DNA from: Alphaproteobacteria bacterium
Lineage (GTDB): Bacteria > Pseudomonadota > Alphaproteobacteria > MPNO01 > UBA830
Assembly: GCA_965243135.1 (NCBI GenBank)
Contig: OZ251539.1
Location: forward strand, 3,616,001-3,680,000
Length of the DNA stretch: 64,000 nt
Reading direction: 5' to 3'
Shown: positions 30,124-40,310 of the stretch, one piece after another
Layout of the letters: every line of letters begins with the position of its first letter
Position numbering within the stretch: position 1 is the stretch's first letter
Made by a program: the position numbers and the translations under genes
Notes under the pieces: model-generated
Database searches by the model: none
The model's input: only the letters and a program-made list of their open reading frames with translations
What the model was told of the DNA's origin: nothing

Positions 30124-31095
30124 ATGGGGAACGAGATTGCGAACACGGCGGATGCGCTCGCCTCCGCGCGGCGCGTCCTCGAAACGGAAATCGCCGGCCT
30201 CCGGGCGCTGTCCCGCGGGCTGGACGCGGGGTTCGCGCGCGCCATCGACACGCTCGAGCGGGCGACCGGGCGCATCGTGGTCACCGGCATCGGCAAGAGC
30301 GGCCACGTCGCGCGCAAGATCGCCGCGACGCTCGCGTCCACCGGCACTCCGGCCCAGTACGTCCATCCGGCCGAAGCCAGCCACGGCGACCTTGGAATGA
30401 TCACCGCCGACGACGCGGTCGTCGCGCTTTCCAATTCCGGCGAGACCGCGGAACTCGCCGCCATCGTCGATTACGCCAAGTTCATGAGCATCGCCCTGGT
30501 CTCGATCACCGCCCGCGCCGACAGCACCATGGCCAGGGCCGCCGACGTGCCGCTGATCATTCCGGACGGCCCCGAAGCCTGCCCGATGAAGCTTGCGCCC
30601 ACGACGTCGACCACGGTCATGCTGGCGCTCGGAGACGCCATCGCCGTATCGCTCTTCGAGCGCCGCGGGTTCTCGCCGGAAGACTTCCGCGCGCTGCATC
30701 CGGGAGGCCAGCTGGGCCTCCGCCTGATCCCGGTGCGCGACATCATGCATTCGGGCGAGGATCTGCCGCTCGTCCCGCTGGAAGCGGGAATGACCGAAGC
30801 GGTCATCGAGATGAGCGGCAAGCGCTTCGGTTGCGTCGGCGTCGTCGATTCGAAACGCCTCGTCGGCATCATCACCGACGGCGATTTGCGCCGCCACATC
30901 AGAAAAGATATCTTCGCCATGACGGCCGCGGACGTCATGACGGAAAATCCGAAGACCGCCGACGAGGATGCTCTTGCCGCCCAAGTGTTCGGGATGATGA
31001 ACGACAACAAGATCACGAACGCTTTCGTCGTCCGGAACGGCGCTCCGGTCGGAATCGTCCATATTCACGACATCCTTCGAGCCGGAATTTCCTGA
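30124..31095 (+). CDS. kdsD: Arabinose-5-phosphate isomerase (KpsF/GutQ)
   Basis: GIGKSGH, HPAEASHGDLG, APTTST, HPGG, CBS pair. Confidence 0.95.
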   Translation: MGNEIANTADALASARRVLETEIAGLRALSRGLDAGFARAIDTLERATGRIVVTGIGKSGHVARKIAATLASTGTPAQYVHPAEASHGDLGMITADDAVVALSNSGETAELAAIVDYAKFMSIALVSITARADSTMARAADVPLIIPDGPEACPMKLAPTTSTTVMLALGDAIAVSLFERRGFSPEDFRALHPGGQLGLRLIPVRDIMHSGEDLPLVPLEAGMTEAVIEMSGKRFGCVGVVDSKRLVGIITDGDLRRHIRKDIFAMTAADVMTENPKTADEDALAAQVFGMMNDNKITNAFVVRNGAPVGIVHIHDILRAGIS

Positions 31096-31098
31096 GCG

Positions 31099-31746
31099 AT
31101 GACGGAGAGCCGTACGGAGCGAACCCTGAACGCCGGCGCCTCGCTGCCGCGCGACAGGGCGAACTACGGCAGGGTGGTCCGCGCCGCGAAATTTTCGCTG
31201 CTCGCAGCCGCGACGGCGGTCGTTCTGCTCGTCGTCGTCTGGTCGGGAATCGAAACCCGGCCGCAGCGAGCCGCGCCGAAGCTCGCCGACGTCTGGACCT
31301 CCGGCGGCCAGGGCGCCGCCAACGCGCGCTTCTTCGGCGTCGACCGGCGGCAACGTCCTTTCTCCGTCTCGGCCGCAAGGGTCGTGCAGACGGGCAAGAC
31401 CGACGAGGGACCGGTCGATCTCGACGGCGTGAAGGCGGAGATCGCTCCCCGCGACGGCCCCCCCGTGGTGTTGACGTCGTCGAAAGGCAGGTATCGACGC
31501 GACGCGGAGTTGCTGGATCTCTCGCAGAAAGTCCGTTTGTCCCGCGACCGCGAATACGAACTCCGGACCGAGCGCGCGCGGATAGAGTTTCGCAAAGGCA
31601 CGGCGTCGGGGAACGCCGAGGTGCGGGGCGAAGGCGCGTTCGGTTCCGTCGTCGCGGACGGCTTCAGGATCGCGGAGAACGGCGCCAAGATCGTGTTTTC
31701 GGGTCGTTCCCGCCTGCTTCTGCCGCCGTCGGGATCGTTCCGTTGA
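31099..31746 (+). CDS. lptC: LPS export protein LptC
   Basis: N-terminal TM, beta-rich body, position between kdsD and lptA. Confidence 0.75.
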   Translation: MTESRTERTLNAGASLPRDRANYGRVVRAAKFSLLAAATAVVLLVVVWSGIETRPQRAAPKLADVWTSGGQGAANARFFGVDRRQRPFSVSAARVVQTGKTDEGPVDLDGVKAEIAPRDGPPVVLTSSKGRYRRDAELLDLSQKVRLSRDREYELRTERARIEFRKGTASGNAEVRGEGAFGSVVADGFRIAENGAKIVFSGRSRLLLPPSGSFR

Positions 31747-32567
31747 GCGCGGCTGCGCGCGTTCTCGCCGCGGCCGCCGCGGCCGCGCTCGCCCTGCCGG
31801 CCTTCGGGCAGGCGCTGCCGCGCGCTTCCGGCGGCGAGGCCGTCGAGATCGCCGCCCGGCAAGGCATAGAGTGGCACAGGGACGGCAGAAAATACGTCGC
31901 GCGCGGCGACGTGAGGGCTTCCCAGGGAGACGTGGTGGTCTACGCCGACGTCCTTACGGCGCATTATTACGAAGCCGAGGACGGCAGCACGTCGATCTGG
32001 CGAATCGAGGCGGACAAGAACGTCAGGATAGAAACGCTTGCGCAGAAAGCGTCGGGCGACAGGGGGGTCTACGACGTGGATGGCGGAACCCTCGTGCTGA
32101 CCGGCGACGTGAGTCTCGACACCGAGACCGACCGGATCACGGCGAACGAAAGCCTCGAATACCGGGAAAGGGAGAGCCTCGCCATCGCCCGCGGAAACGC
32201 CGTCGCCCGGCGCGGCGAGAACCAGCTGCAGGCCGACGTCCTGACCGCGCGCATCGTGAACGGCGACGACGGCAAGGCCGTCGTCAAGGAGGTCGACGCC
32301 GTCGAGAACGTCGTTCTGACCACTCCGCAAAACGTGGTCCGCTCGCGGCGCGGCAACTACGATCTCGAATCGGGCATCGTCCGGCTCACGGGCGCGGTCA
32401 GAATCACGCAGGGCCGGAACCAGTTGAACGGCGACGAGGCCGAGATCGATCTGAACAACGGAGTCAGCAGGCTCCTGAGCAGCGGCCGGCAAGGCGTCAG
32501 CGGCGTCTTCATACCCGATTCGGAATCCCTGCCGCGGGCGCGGCGCGGAAATCAGGGGACGCCTTGA
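31743..32567 (+). CDS. lptA: LptA/OstA-family protein
   Basis: Signal peptide, two OstA-like repeats (VARGDV..Q, LTGAV.ITQG.N.L.G). TTG start overlaps the lptC stop. Confidence 0.82.
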   Translation: MSAAARVLAAAAAAALALPAFGQALPRASGGEAVEIAARQGIEWHRDGRKYVARGDVRASQGDVVVYADVLTAHYYEAEDGSTSIWRIEADKNVRIETLAQKASGDRGVYDVDGGTLVLTGDVSLDTETDRITANESLEYRERESLAIARGNAVARRGENQLQADVLTARIVNGDDGKAVVKEVDAVENVVLTTPQNVVRSRRGNYDLESGIVRLTGAVRITQGRNQLNGDEAEIDLNNGVSRLLSSGRQGVSGVFIPDSESLPRARRGNQGTP

Positions 32568-33319
32568 CCGGCGAACGCGATTCGCCGCCCCTCCGGAAGA
32601 CCGGTCTGCACGTGCGCGGAGTGGGCAAGCGCTATCGCAAGCGAACGGTGCTTCGCGACGTCAGCATCGCGCTGGAGCGGGGAGAAGTGGTCGGACTGCT
32701 CGGGCCGAACGGCGCCGGAAAGACGACATGCTTCTACATCGTCATGGGCATGGTGTCTCCGGACTACGGAAAGATCGCGCTCGACGGTTACGACGTGACG
32801 GACGTTCCGATGTACCGCCGCGCCCGGATCGGGATCGGCTACCTCCCGCAGGAATCGTCGATCTTTCGCGGCCTCAGCGTCGAAGACAACATCCGCGCCA
32901 TCCTCGAGACGGTCGACAGGGATCCCGCGAAGAGGAAGGCGACGCTGGAAGAACTCCTCGCGGAGTTCTCGCTGACGCATCTGAGGCGCAGCCCCGCGCT
33001 CGCGCTATCCGGGGGCGAGCGCCGGCGCGTGGAAATCGCCCGCGCCCTCGCCTCCCGGCCGAACTACATTCTTCTCGACGAGCCCTTCACGGGCATCGAT
33101 CCCCTCGCGGTCGACGACCTTCGCGCTCTCGTCGCCCACCTCAAGTCCCGCGACATCGGCGTGCTGATCACCGACCACAACGTGCGGGAAACGCTCGACA
33201 TCGTTGATCGAACCTATATCCTCTACGATGGCGCCGTCCTGATGGAAGGCGCGCCGGCGGAGGTCATCGAGCATCCGGAGGTGCGCCGCCTTTACCTGGG
33301 CGACAGGTTCAACCTTTAG
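32564..33319 (+). CDS. lptB: LPS export ABC ATPase
   Basis: GPNGAGKTT, GYLPQESSIF, LSGGERRRVEIARAL, ITDHNVRETL. Confidence 0.96.
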   Translation: MTGERDSPPLRKTGLHVRGVGKRYRKRTVLRDVSIALERGEVVGLLGPNGAGKTTCFYIVMGMVSPDYGKIALDGYDVTDVPMYRRARIGIGYLPQESSIFRGLSVEDNIRAILETVDRDPAKRKATLEELLAEFSLTHLRRSPALALSGGERRRVEIARALASRPNYILLDEPFTGIDPLAVDDLRALVAHLKSRDIGVLITDHNVRETLDIVDRTYILYDGAVLMEGAPAEVIEHPEVRRLYLGDRFNL

Positions 33320-33420
33320 GCCGTCCGGCGCAGGCTCGTGACCGCAGATCTCCCGTCGCCGAAGTTCCGCGCAGCCTCGAGATTCCGGCGGGCGGACGCG
33401 CCGGAATCACGGATCCCCGG

Positions 33421-34743
33421 ATGATGCCCGGACTGCGACCGGCGCTGCGCCCGGCCCGGTCGATGACGCGGCATTTGCTGCAGGCGATCGAGCTGCTGCA
33501 GATGTCGAGCGCGGAGCTTTCCGCCTACGTGGAGCGGGAGCTCGAGCGCAACCCCTTTCTGGACCGCGAGGAAGGGCCTGCGTTCGACGGCGGGGACGCC
33601 GCCGGGCGTTCCGCCGGGCCCGCGTCCGGCGGCGAACTCGTCGCGGCGGACGAAGCTACGCTGCGCGATCACCTCGCCAGCCAGATTCGCCTCGAATTCC
33701 GGGGATCCCGGGAGCGGCGGATCGCGTTCCGGCTCGTCGAACTGCTCGACGAGAACGGCTGGCTCACCGAAGATCTCGAGGCGGTCGCCGCCGCGCTCAA
33801 GTGCGAAATCGGCGACGTGGAACGGGCGCTGGCCCGATGCCAGGCTCTGGATCCTCCGGGGATATTCGGCCGCTCACTCGCCGAATGCCTCGCGCTGCAA
33901 CTGCGCGAGAAGGGCCGCCTCGACCCGCCGATGAGAGCGCTGCTTGACAACCTTCATCTTCTCGCGCGCCGCGATTTCGCCCGATTGCGCCGCCTTTGCG
34001 CCGTGGACGACGAGACCCTGTCCCGGCTCGTGCGGGAGATACGGGCGCTCGACCCGCGCCCGGCCGCGCGGTTCGAGCGCGAAGCGGCGCAATTCGCGAT
34101 CCCCGACGCGTTCGTTCGCCGCAGGAACGGCGTCTGGCGCGTCGAGCTCAACGGCGACGCGTTGCCGCGGGTTCTCCTGAACCGCCCGTATTACGCGGAG
34201 ATGCGCGGGCAGGCGCGTTCCGAACGGGAGCGCGAGTATTTCAGCGACCGGCTCCGGTCGGCGAACTGGCTGGTTCGCAGCCTGCGCCAGCGGGCCGACA
34301 CGATTCTCAGGGTGGCGTCCGAACTGGTCGCCCGGCAGGAAGAGTTCTTCGATCACGGCGCCGCTCGCCTGCGGCCGATGACGCGGCGCGATCTGGCCGT
34401 CGCCGTCGGCCTGCACGAAAGCACGGTCGGCCGGGCGGTCGCGAACAGGTATCTCGGCACGGAGCGCGGCGTCTTCGAAATGAAACGCTTCTTCACGAGC
34501 GCGGTCGGCGGCCCGGCGCGGTCCTCCGAAGCGGTGCGGTTCCGCATCAGAACGTTGATCGACGAGGAGAAGCCGGAAGCCGTTCTTTCAGACCACGGGA
34601 TCGCGGGGATCCTGGGCCAGGAAGGAATCGACGTCGCCCGCCGGACCGTGGCGAAATACCGCGGCGCGATGCGCATTCCGTCGTCCGCGCAACGCCGGCG
34701 CGAGAAGGTTTCCGGAGCGGCCCGGCCGCGCGGGCCGCCGTGA
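33421..34743 (+). CDS. rpoN: RNA polymerase sigma-54 factor
   Basis: LLQAIELLQ, NPFL, HESTVGRA, RpoN box ARRTVAKYR. Confidence 0.93.
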   Translation: MMPGLRPALRPARSMTRHLLQAIELLQMSSAELSAYVERELERNPFLDREEGPAFDGGDAAGRSAGPASGGELVAADEATLRDHLASQIRLEFRGSRERRIAFRLVELLDENGWLTEDLEAVAAALKCEIGDVERALARCQALDPPGIFGRSLAECLALQLREKGRLDPPMRALLDNLHLLARRDFARLRRLCAVDDETLSRLVREIRALDPRPAARFEREAAQFAIPDAFVRRRNGVWRVELNGDALPRVLLNRPYYAEMRGQARSEREREYFSDRLRSANWLVRSLRQRADTILRVASELVARQEEFFDHGAARLRPMTRRDLAVAVGLHESTVGRAVANRYLGTERGVFEMKRFFTSAVGGPARSSEAVRFRIRTLIDEEKPEAVLSDHGIAGILGQEGIDVARRTVAKYRGAMRIPSSAQRRREKVSGAARPRGPP

Positions 34744-34809
34744 ATCGACGAACGCCGGTCTCGCGGGCGGGCGGAGCCGAAAAAAACGGCGCGGCGCAAG
34801 CGCCTGCTT

Positions 34810-34838
34810 TTGACAATTCCGCCGCGGCGGCCTACTCT
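34810..34838 (+). promoter_or_regulatory. Sigma70 promoter of AAA copy 4 (leaderless)
   Basis: TTGACA-17-TACTCT-6-ATG(34845). Confidence 0.78.
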
Positions 34839-34844
34839 CTTCGA

Positions 34845-36378
34845 ATGACGAAGCGCATGCTGCCGACCGGCATGACGTCCCTCCGGAAAATCCGGACGAG
34901 AGGCTGCTACTACGTCGACAAGACGGACCATCTGCGCCGCCTCGTCGAAGGGGGCGACTACTATTTCCTGTCGCGTCCGCGCCGGTTCGGCAAGACCCTG
35001 CTGGTGGACACGCTCCAGAAGCTGTTCGAGGGAAGCGAGGAACTGTTCCGGGGCCTCGCCATACACGGCAAGTGGGACTGGTCGGCGCGCCGTCGTGCGG
35101 CTGGATTTCAGCGGCGTGGGCCGTTTCGATACCCCGGACGGGGTCCGGGGAACCGTGGAAAGGCAACTGGCGGCGACGGAGAGGCGCGCCGGCCTCGAAC
35201 CGGGTCCCGCCGGGGCGGCGGTCCGTTTCCACGAGTTGATCGAGGCCCTGCACGAGCGCACCGGGCGGCGGGCGGTCGTGCTGGTCGACGAATACGACAA
35301 GCCGATCCTGGACGCGCTCGGCGACCGGGAACTGGCGCTGGCCAACCGCGACTTTCTGCGCAGCCTGTACGGGGTGATCAAGGCTTCCGACGAGCAACTC
35401 CGTTTCGTTTTCCTGACGGGGGTGAGCAAGTTCTCGCAGGCGGGCCTGTTCTCGGGCCTGAACAACCTGATCGACGTCACGCTGGAGCCGGAGTTCTCGG
35501 ACATCTGCGGCTACACGGACGACGAGCTGGACACGGTCTTCGCCCCGGAACTCGAGGGCCTGGACCGGGACGAGGTCCGCCGCTGGTACAACGGCTATAA
35601 CTGGCGCGGGCCGGAGAGGGTCTACAACCCGTTCGGCCTGCTGCTGCTGTTTCGGCGGCGCGAGTTCCGCCCGTACTGGTTCCAGAGCGGCACGCCGACC
35701 TTCCTGGTCGAGACGCTGGCGCGCCGCGACCTGCCCACCCCGGACCTGGACGGCATGACCGGCAGCGAGAGCCTGCTGTCGTCCGTCGACGTGGACAATA
35801 TCTCGATCGAGGCGCTTCTGTTCCAGACCGGCTACCTGACCATCGCCGGCGAGGAGGACGGGCGCTACAGGCTGGGCTACCCGAACCTCGAGGTGCGCCG
35901 GAGCCTGGGCGAGGCTTTGCTGGAAGAACTGCTCCCGGCCGAGGCCCGCGAGGAGACGGAGAACCTGCGGCTGGGCGAACTGCTAGAAGCGAACGACTTC
36001 GAGCGCCTCGGGACCCTGTTCCGCGGCATCTTCGCCGCCATCCCGCACCAGTGGTACGCGACCAGCCCGGTCGCGAAATACGAGGCCCACTACGCGAGCG
36101 TCATCCACAGCTGCTTCCTGATGGAGGGCGTCGAGCCGGTCGCGGAGGACAGCGGCAGCCGGGGGCGCGCCGACATGGCGATCCGCGTCGGCGGGCGCGT
36201 CTACCTGTTCGAGTTCAAGGTGGTGGAGCGCGGACGGGAGGGAACCGCGATCGCGCAGTTGCGGGAGAAGGGCTATGCGGACAAGTACCGCCATCTCGGG
36301 CATTCGGTCCACCTGATCGGTGTGGAGTTCAGCCGGGCGGAGCGCAACGTCGTCGGGTTCGATTACGAAACCGCCTGA
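34845..36378 (+). pseudogene. AAA-ATPase-like/PD-(D/E)XK nuclease, copy 4, frameshifted
   Basis: MTKRMLPTG.. from 34845. A 5-nt deletion near 35094 (GCGCGCCGTC[CGGTC]GTGCGG relative to copy 5) shifts the frame; the remainder is open to 36378. Confidence 0.9.
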
Positions 36379-36490
36379 AGCCGGACGAGTTCGACGTCCC
36401 GTTCGGACATTTCGACAGCCGCCTCCACGAAAGAACGCCGTCCGCGACGCGGGTTCGGCTTGCGCTTTGTCGAAGGCGGCAGCCGCTTCC
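36379..36490. repeat. AAA-downstream repeat (short, inverted relative to the other copies)
   Basis: Its reverse complement matches 9455-9507 proximally and 1830-1890 distally. Confidence 0.8.
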
Positions 36491-36810
36491 AGCGGTTCGT
36501 CGCCTTGCGCGCCAGCAACTTGACGGGCCGCGGCGCCGCCAAGCTGCACTGAGCCGCGCCTTGCCCCCCGGAGCTTGCGGCGCGGTCGCGTCCGGCCCGC
36601 TCCGGCACCCTCCCGGTTGAACATGCCCGCGTTCGGACAGCCGGAAAGCGGGCCCGGAAGCAAGCGCGAAAAAGGGCGCGGCGCAAACGCCTCAACTGCT
36701 TGACTTGCTTGCGGGCGGTGCTAGTTTCGCTCCCCTTGGCTCGGCAGGACGACAGTTGCCGCGCCGGATTCCGTGAACATTTTGGCCGGACGACAGTCGG
36801 CCGCCGGGGC

Positions 36811-37392
36811 ATGCAGGTAACCGTCTCAGGAAAACAGATCGAAATCGGCGCAGCCTTTCAGGGATACGCGGAAGGCCATCTCGAAGCCGTCGTCGGCAAA
36901 TACTTCGACCGCGGCATCGACGCGGCGGTGACCGTTTCCCGTGCAGGCCAAGGCATGCGCGTGGACATCAAGGTGCACGCCGGCCGCGGTTTCGTCATCC
37001 AGTCCCACGGCGAGGCCGAGCAGACGCAGCAAGCTTTCGACGTCGCCCTGGAGCGCGCCGGAAAGCGCTTGCGGCGCTACAAGCGGAGACTCAAGGGGCA
37101 CCATCGGAAGGAACGCGCGCAGGCGAAGCTCGCGCCTCTGAACGCCCAGCGCTACGTCATCGCGCCGCCGGACGAGGACGAGGACGAGAGCGCGAATCAG
37201 GACGCCGGAGCCGCGGTGATCGCCGAGGTCACCAGGGAAATCGAAACCCTCTCGGTGGGCGACGCGGTGATGCGTCTCGACCTCGCGGACCGGGCGGCGC
37301 TCATGTTCAGAAACGCAGCGAACGGACAGCTCAACGTCGTCTATCGCCGCCGGGACGGCAACATCGGCTGGATCGATCCGCAACCGACCTGA
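36811..37392 (+). CDS. hpf: Long ribosome hibernation promoting factor
   Basis: MQVTVSGKQI, KRLRRYKRRLK, LSVGDAVMRLDL, VVYRRRDGNIGWIDP. Confidence 0.93.
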   Translation: MQVTVSGKQIEIGAAFQGYAEGHLEAVVGKYFDRGIDAAVTVSRAGQGMRVDIKVHAGRGFVIQSHGEAEQTQQAFDVALERAGKRLRRYKRRLKGHHRKERAQAKLAPLNAQRYVIAPPDEDEDESANQDAGAAVIAEVTREIETLSVGDAVMRLDLADRAALMFRNAANGQLNVVYRRRDGNIGWIDPQPT

Positions 37393-37403
37393 CGGGGGAG
37401 AAG

Positions 37404-37868
37404 ATGGAAATCGCGAACTTCCTGGAAAGGAACTGCGTCGTTCTGTCGATGAGGGTCAAGAGCAAAAAGCAGGCGCTCGAGGAATTGGCCGACCATGCCG
37501 CCGAAGCGACCGGCCTTTCCGAACGGCGGATATTCGACGTTCTTCTCGAGCGGGAGCGGCTCGGCACGACCGGCGTCGGCGGCGGCATCGCCATACCCCA
37601 CGGCAAGCTATCGGAACTGGACCGGCTCTTCGCGTGTTTCGCGCGGCTCGACGAATCCGTCGATTTCGACGCGGTCGACGACAAGCCCGTCGATCTAATC
37701 TTCCTTTTGCTGGCGCCGGAATCCGCGGGTGCCGACCATCTCAAGGCGCTTGCGCGAATATCGCGAGTGCTGCGCGACGATTGCGTTTGCGAGAAACTCC
37801 GGACCGCCGTGACCCCGGACCGCGCTTACGGCGTCCTGACCGGACACGTCGAAAGTCGCGCCGCCTGA
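37404..37868 (+). CDS. ptsN: PTS IIA-Ntr
   Basis: ERERLGTTGVGGGIAIPHGK, DFDAVD. Confidence 0.95.
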   Translation: MEIANFLERNCVVLSMRVKSKKQALEELADHAAEATGLSERRIFDVLLERERLGTTGVGGGIAIPHGKLSELDRLFACFARLDESVDFDAVDDKPVDLIFLLLAPESAGADHLKALARISRVLRDDCVCEKLRTAVTPDRAYGVLTGHVESRAA

Positions 37869-37950
37869 AGGGAGCGCGGACGGCTTGCCATCGCTCCCGA
37901 CCCGCGCTATTCTTCCTTGGCATCTTGGCTTCGTTAGAGGAGTTACGGAC

Positions 37951-38154
37951 ATGAAAAAGCTTTTCGCAGTGGCGGCCGTCGGCGTGCTCGCATTCTCCGC
38001 GCCCGCATGGGCCGATGGCGGATACGGAGCTTGCGCCGGGCTTCACACGGTTCAGACCGAAGTGCCGAAGCAGAGCACGCAGACGGCCCAAACCCCGCAG
38101 AGGCCGCGGCAGACGGCCGGCGTGCCCGGCAAGGCGTCGCAGCCGGGCGGATGA
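37951..38154 (+). CDS. Small secreted hypothetical protein
   Basis: GAGGAG RBS, MKKLFAVAAVGVLAFSAPAWA signal peptide. Confidence 0.7.
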   Translation: MKKLFAVAAVGVLAFSAPAWADGGYGACAGLHTVQTEVPKQSTQTAQTPQRPRQTAGVPGKASQPGG

Positions 38155-38238
38155 GGTTCTCCGCCGCCTGAATTCGCCCGTCCGGAGATCTTCCGGCCTG
38201 CGGCGCGAACGGACGCGGCGCGTCGGAAGTTTCGGACG

Positions 38239-39258
38239 ATGGGATACAAGGTGGCTGTTGCCGGGGCGACCGGCAATGTCGGGCGCGAGCTTCTGCAGAT
38301 CCTCGCGGAGCGCGATTTCCCGGCGGACGAGGTGTACGCGCTGGCGTCCCCGAAATCCGTCGGACGCGAGGTGTCGTTCGGAGAAGACCGCGTCCTCAGG
38401 GTGCAGGATCTCTCGACGTTCGATTTCGAGGGCGTCGACTTCGGCCTTTTCTCGCCGGGCGCCAAGGTTTCGGCCGAACATGCGCCGCGGGCCGCCGCCG
38501 CCGGCTGCGTGGTGATCGACAACACGTCCCGGTTCAGAATGGAGCCGGACGTTCCGCTCGTGGTGCCGGAGGTCAATCCTTCTGCGCTCGACCGGCATGC
38601 GAAGCGCAATATCGTCGCCAACCCCAACTGTTCGACGATTCAGATGGTGGTCGCGCTGAAGCCGCTCCGGGATCTCGCCAAGATCAAGCGGGTGGTCGTC
38701 GCGACCTATCAGTCCGTCTCGGGCGGCGGCAAGGCGGCGATGGACGAATTGTTCAACCAGACTCGCGGAATTTACGTGAACGACCCCGTCGTGCGGGAGA
38801 TGTTCACCAAGCAGATCGCGTTCAACGCCATTCCCCATATCGACGTCTTCATGAACGACGGTTCCACCAAGGAGGAATGGAAAATGGCGGTGGAGACCCG
38901 GAAGATACTCGATCCCGATATCGCGGTGCATGCGACCTGCGTGCGCGTTCCCGTCTTTATCGGTCATGCCGAGGCGATCAACGTCGAGTTCGGGAGCCCG
39001 GTCGGGGAAAGAGAGGCGCGCGCCGCTCTCCGGGAATCGCCGGGCGTCGTCGTGGTCGACCACCGTGCCGACGAAGGATACGTGACGCCGGTCGAATGCG
39101 CGGGCGACGATGCGGTTTACGTGAGCCGGATCCGCAAGGATCCCACGGTCGAAAACGGACTGTCCATGTGGGTGGTTTCGGACAACTTGCGAAAAGGCGC
39201 GGCGCTCAACGCGGTACAGATCGCCGAGACGCTGGCGCGCAAGCGGCAAGCGGCTTAG
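38239..39258 (+). CDS. asd: Aspartate-semialdehyde dehydrogenase
   Basis: GATGNVG, ANPNCSTIQM, TYQSVSG, DNLRKGAALN. Confidence 0.97.
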   Translation: MGYKVAVAGATGNVGRELLQILAERDFPADEVYALASPKSVGREVSFGEDRVLRVQDLSTFDFEGVDFGLFSPGAKVSAEHAPRAAAAGCVVIDNTSRFRMEPDVPLVVPEVNPSALDRHAKRNIVANPNCSTIQMVVALKPLRDLAKIKRVVVATYQSVSGGGKAAMDELFNQTRGIYVNDPVVREMFTKQIAFNAIPHIDVFMNDGSTKEEWKMAVETRKILDPDIAVHATCVRVPVFIGHAEAINVEFGSPVGEREARAALRESPGVVVVDHRADEGYVTPVECAGDDAVYVSRIRKDPTVENGLSMWVVSDNLRKGAALNAVQIAETLARKRQAA

Positions 39259-39328
39259 ACCGCTGCGGCGGGCTCGGACGGACCGAACGGCCATTGCGCC
39301 CGCCGTCGGTCCGATTCATAATTCCGCG

Positions 39329-40171
39329 ATGGAAAACGGCTATATCGTGGCGCCGGATCCGGGCGATGCGCGTCTGACGGAGCGCGTGTCCGGCGTGGAC
39401 CATGCGGGCGCTCCCGTCGAGACCGCGGTCACGGTCGAACGGCCTCTCACGCTGTTTCTCAACAGCCGCGAAATCGTCACCCTCATGACGATCGGCGACT
39501 ATCCCGAATGCCTCGCCGTCGGCTATCTGGTCAATCAGAACATGCTGCGGCGGGACGACGAACTTACCGGCGTCGAGTACGACGAGGAGGCGGAGGCCGT
39601 GGTGGTCAGGACGCGGCGCGAAACCGATTTCGAGGAGAAACTCGCCCGGCAGACCCGCACGTCGGGCTGCGCGCTGGGCACCGTCTTCGGCGACATCATG
39701 GAAACCTTCGGGGACGTCGCGCTCGATCCGGACGCGGTCCTGCGGACCTCCTGGCTCTACGCACTCACCAAAAGGATCGCCCTCACGCCCAGCCTGTATC
39801 TCGAAGCCGGAGCCATCCACGGCTGCGTGCTGTGCGAACGCGACCGTCCGTTGATCTATATGGAGGACGTGGGGCGTCACAACGCCGTCGACAAGATCGC
39901 CGGCTACATGTACCTCAACGAGCTTTCTCCTGCGGGCAAGATCTTTTACACGACGGGCCGCCTGACAAGCGAGATGGTGATCAAGACGGTGCAGATGGAA
40001 ATTCCCATCCTGGTTTCGCGATCCGGCTTCACGGCATGGGGCGTCGAGCTTGCGCGTCAGGCCAATCTGACGCTGATCGGCCGCGCGCGCGGGCGTCGCT
40101 TCATGGCTCTCGCGGGCGTCGAACGGATCGTGCGCGACGCGAACGTTGCCGGACAGGCGGAATCGGCTTGA
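39329..40171 (+). CDS. fdhD: Formate dehydrogenase accessory sulfurtransferase
   Basis: VERPL, TSGCA, EDVGRHNAVDK, TGRLTSEMVIK. Confidence 0.93.
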   Translation: MENGYIVAPDPGDARLTERVSGVDHAGAPVETAVTVERPLTLFLNSREIVTLMTIGDYPECLAVGYLVNQNMLRRDDELTGVEYDEEAEAVVVRTRRETDFEEKLARQTRTSGCALGTVFGDIMETFGDVALDPDAVLRTSWLYALTKRIALTPSLYLEAGAIHGCVLCERDRPLIYMEDVGRHNAVDKIAGYMYLNELSPAGKIFYTTGRLTSEMVIKTVQMEIPILVSRSGFTAWGVELARQANLTLIGRARGRRFMALAGVERIVRDANVAGQAESA

Positions 40172-40310
40172 CCGGCGGCGCGACGTCGGCGGGGGCGAGG
40201 CTCCGCGTTCGATTACTCGCGACGGCCTTCGGGAATCCGGCGTCCGAGGACTGCAGCGGACGCGGGATCGCCCGCCGGCCCGCGCGGAAATTCCCTCCTT
40301 CGGGGCGGCG

